Shown piece by piece: positions 61,831 to 64,000 of a stretch of DNA of 64,000 nucleotides; position 1 is the stretch's first letter; each line of letters starts with the position of its first letter. The position numbers and the translations under genes were made by a program. The notes below the pieces were generated by a model. The model did not search any database, was not told the origin of the DNA, and worked only from the letters and a program-made list of their open reading frames with translations. Origin of the DNA: Truepera sp. (GTDB lineage Bacteria > Deinococcota > Deinococci > Deinococcales > Trueperaceae); NCBI GenBank assembly GCA_965218435.1, contig CBDCKW010000009.1, positions 3,104,001-3,168,000 on the forward strand, given 5' to 3'.

Positions 61831-64000
61831 CCCAATCCGTCTCACCGCCGACCCCTGCAACCTCGAGCACTCCCCGTTTCAATAAACTCAAACGGGTGCT
61901 CGAGGAGCTTTTTCAGTTCGACCAGGCCGACCTCGACTTCGGCATCTACCGCATCATGAACGCCAAGCGCGACGAGCTGACGCGCTTTTTAGACGTTGAC
62001 CTGTTGCCGCAAGTGGGGGCCGAGCTGAGCAAACTCGCCGGGGGCAACCGCGCCGAGATTGAAGCCAAGCTCAAAGAGGAAACCGAAAACACGCTGCGTT
62101 ACGGCGGCGACCCGGAGAAGTCTCAACCTGTTCAAGAGCTACGCCGTCAACTCGCCGCTGCCGCCGACGTAGGTGCGTTAGAGGCCGACATCTACAACGA
62201 CCTGACTGGATTTTTCAAACGCTACTACGACAAAGGCGACTTTTTAAGCCTGCGCCGCTATAAAAAAGACGTTTACGCTATCCCCTACGAGGGCGAAGAG
62301 GTCAAACTGCACTGGGCGAACGCCGACCAGTACTATGTCAAGAGCAGCGAAGCGTTCCGCGACTACACCTTTCACCTTCCGGCCGCAAACGGCACCGACT
62401 CTGCGAGCGGCACAGGCAACAGTGCGCGCCGCGTTCACTTCAAGCTCGTAGACGCCGATACGGACGCGAACAACAACAAGGCCGAGACCGGCAAAGAGCG
62501 CCGCTTTATCGTGGCTGACCCACCGCTGTTGGAAGAAGACGGCGAGCTGACAGTGCGCTTTACCTACCGGATGAGCGGCGAAAAGCAGACCAAGCTCAAT
62601 GAGGCCGCTGCAAGCACCATCTTTGCCCAAGAAGGGTTTGACGCTTGGCTTACGGCCCTGAGAGACCCACGCCCCACCGAGAAGAACAAGACCCGCACGC
62701 TGTTGGAGAAGCAACTCGGCGACTACACCGCCAAAAACTCGTTCGACTACTTCATCCACAAAGACCTGCGCGGTTTTTTACGGCGTGAGCTGGACTTTTT
62801 TATCAAAAACGAAGTCGTGCAGCTCGACGACCTCGAGAGTCAGGACATCTCAAAAATGACGCAGACCTATGGGAAAGTCCGCGCTATGCGCGGACTTTCC
62901 CATAAAATTATTGATTTCTTAGCTCAGATTGAAAACTTTCAAAAAAAGCTCTGGCTCAAGAAAAAGTTTGTGGTAAGTACCGACTACTGCGTGACGCTCG
63001 ACAAGTTTACGGGGGATGCGGCGGGGCTTTTGGCTGAGGTCGCCGTAAACGAGGCGCAGCGGCAGGAATGGGTGCGACTCTTTGCCATTGATGAATTGGA
63101 CGGCTACAGTGAACCGCTGACCCGCGAGTTTTTAGAGGCCAATCCCTTTTTGGTTTTGGACACGCAGTTTTACGGTGCAACCTTTAAGGACAAGCTGCTC
63201 TCCGGTTTTGAAGACCTGGACGCACAGACGGACGGGCTGCTGATTAAGAGCGAGAACTTTGGGGCGCTGAACTTGTTGCAGGCGCGGTACAAGGAGCAGG
63301 TGAAGTGCATTTACATTGACCCGCCGTACAACACGGGCGGCGACGGGTTTGCGTACAAGGACAACTATCAACACTCGAGCTGGCTTTCGATGATGAGAGA
63401 CCGCTTAGTCTACGGGCGAGAGTTATTGGGTGAAATAAGGTGCAAGTTTCGTTAGCATTGACGAGAACGAGCAGGCAAGATTGAAAACTTTAGCAGACAT
63501 GGTTTATGGCAGCGAGAACTTGATTGCTAGTGTCGCAAACATAAGTAACCCTAAAGGCCGTTCTGACCAAGTGAATGTTGCAACAGCACACGAATATCTG
63601 CTTATTCACCAACTCAATGACACTGTTCTTAGTGGCTGGAAGCCCGAAGAAAACATTTTACGCAGGTACAACAAAACTGACGAGGACGGCAAAGTGTACC
63701 GGGAAATAGACTTGCGGAAAACAGGTGACAACGACAAGCGCGAAGACAGACCCAACTTATTTTATTTTTTTCTCTTCAACGAAGAGACCGGAGACATACA
63801 GGTATCACGTTCCGAGGACATTCCCAATGGCTATGTTCAAATCCAACCTCTGAGGAAAGATGGTAGTCAAGGGAACTGGCGCTGGGAAGCTGAAACAGCC
63901 AAGAAAAATATCTCAAAGCTACTCCCCAAATTAATGGTCACTAGAAAAGTATGGACGGTGTTTGAAAAAGATTACTTAACGCCTGAAGAACGAGTTAAAC
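61827..64000 (+). pseudogene. mod: Type III R-M Mod subunit (adenine methyltransferase), frameshifted near 63435 and truncated by the window end
   Basis: IYIDPPYNTG and YKDNYQHSSWLSMM, then FVSIDENE...HEYLL continues in a shifted frame that stays open to 64000. Confidence 0.88.

Larger units (their letters stand above)
54097..64000. mobile_element. Degraded genomic island at tRNA-fMet; right end outside the window
   Basis: Integrase stub next to the tRNA, IS fragments, several pseudogenes, TA pair and R-M genes. Confidence 0.75.

Noticed and set aside
58421..64000. DISARM (DrmD + DrmMI) or BREX
   Set aside because: The methyltransferase has the type III Mod layout (DPPYNTG...SIDENE), and no drmABC or pglZ/brxC genes are visible in the window.

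Overview
Chromosomal window from a GC-rich bacterium, most likely Deinococcota (Trueperaceae-like). The assignment rests on a DdrH-like gene, a 23S-5S-tRNA-Gly unit with its own promoter and no 16S upstream, and pervasive leaderless genes. Core part (1 to about 54,100): SAM-I riboswitch-metF-metH, the rRNA unit, ppk1, hisA-mutM, map, two divergent acetyl-CoA synthetases, a nonsense-interrupted actP, ktrBA, a LOV-LuxR photoreceptor, lnt, a MASE1-GGDEF-EAL protein, a flippase/3x sulfotransferase/glycosyltransferase cluster, and an Asn/Ala/Gln-repeat lipoprotein. After tRNA-fMet (54,020-54,096) a decaying island begins: integrase stub, IS remnants, two regulator/enzyme modules, an SNF2 helicase pseudogene, an intact VapBC pair and a frameshifted type III Mod methyltransferase. 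Most notable signals: strong enrichment of the palindrome CTCGAG, an apparent ATC start codon for mutM, a chain of overlapping mini-ORFs leading into ktrA, the triple sulfotransferase locus, and an unexplained structured element between the rRNA promoter and ddrH. All calls come from reading the sequence by eye; no database searches were run.
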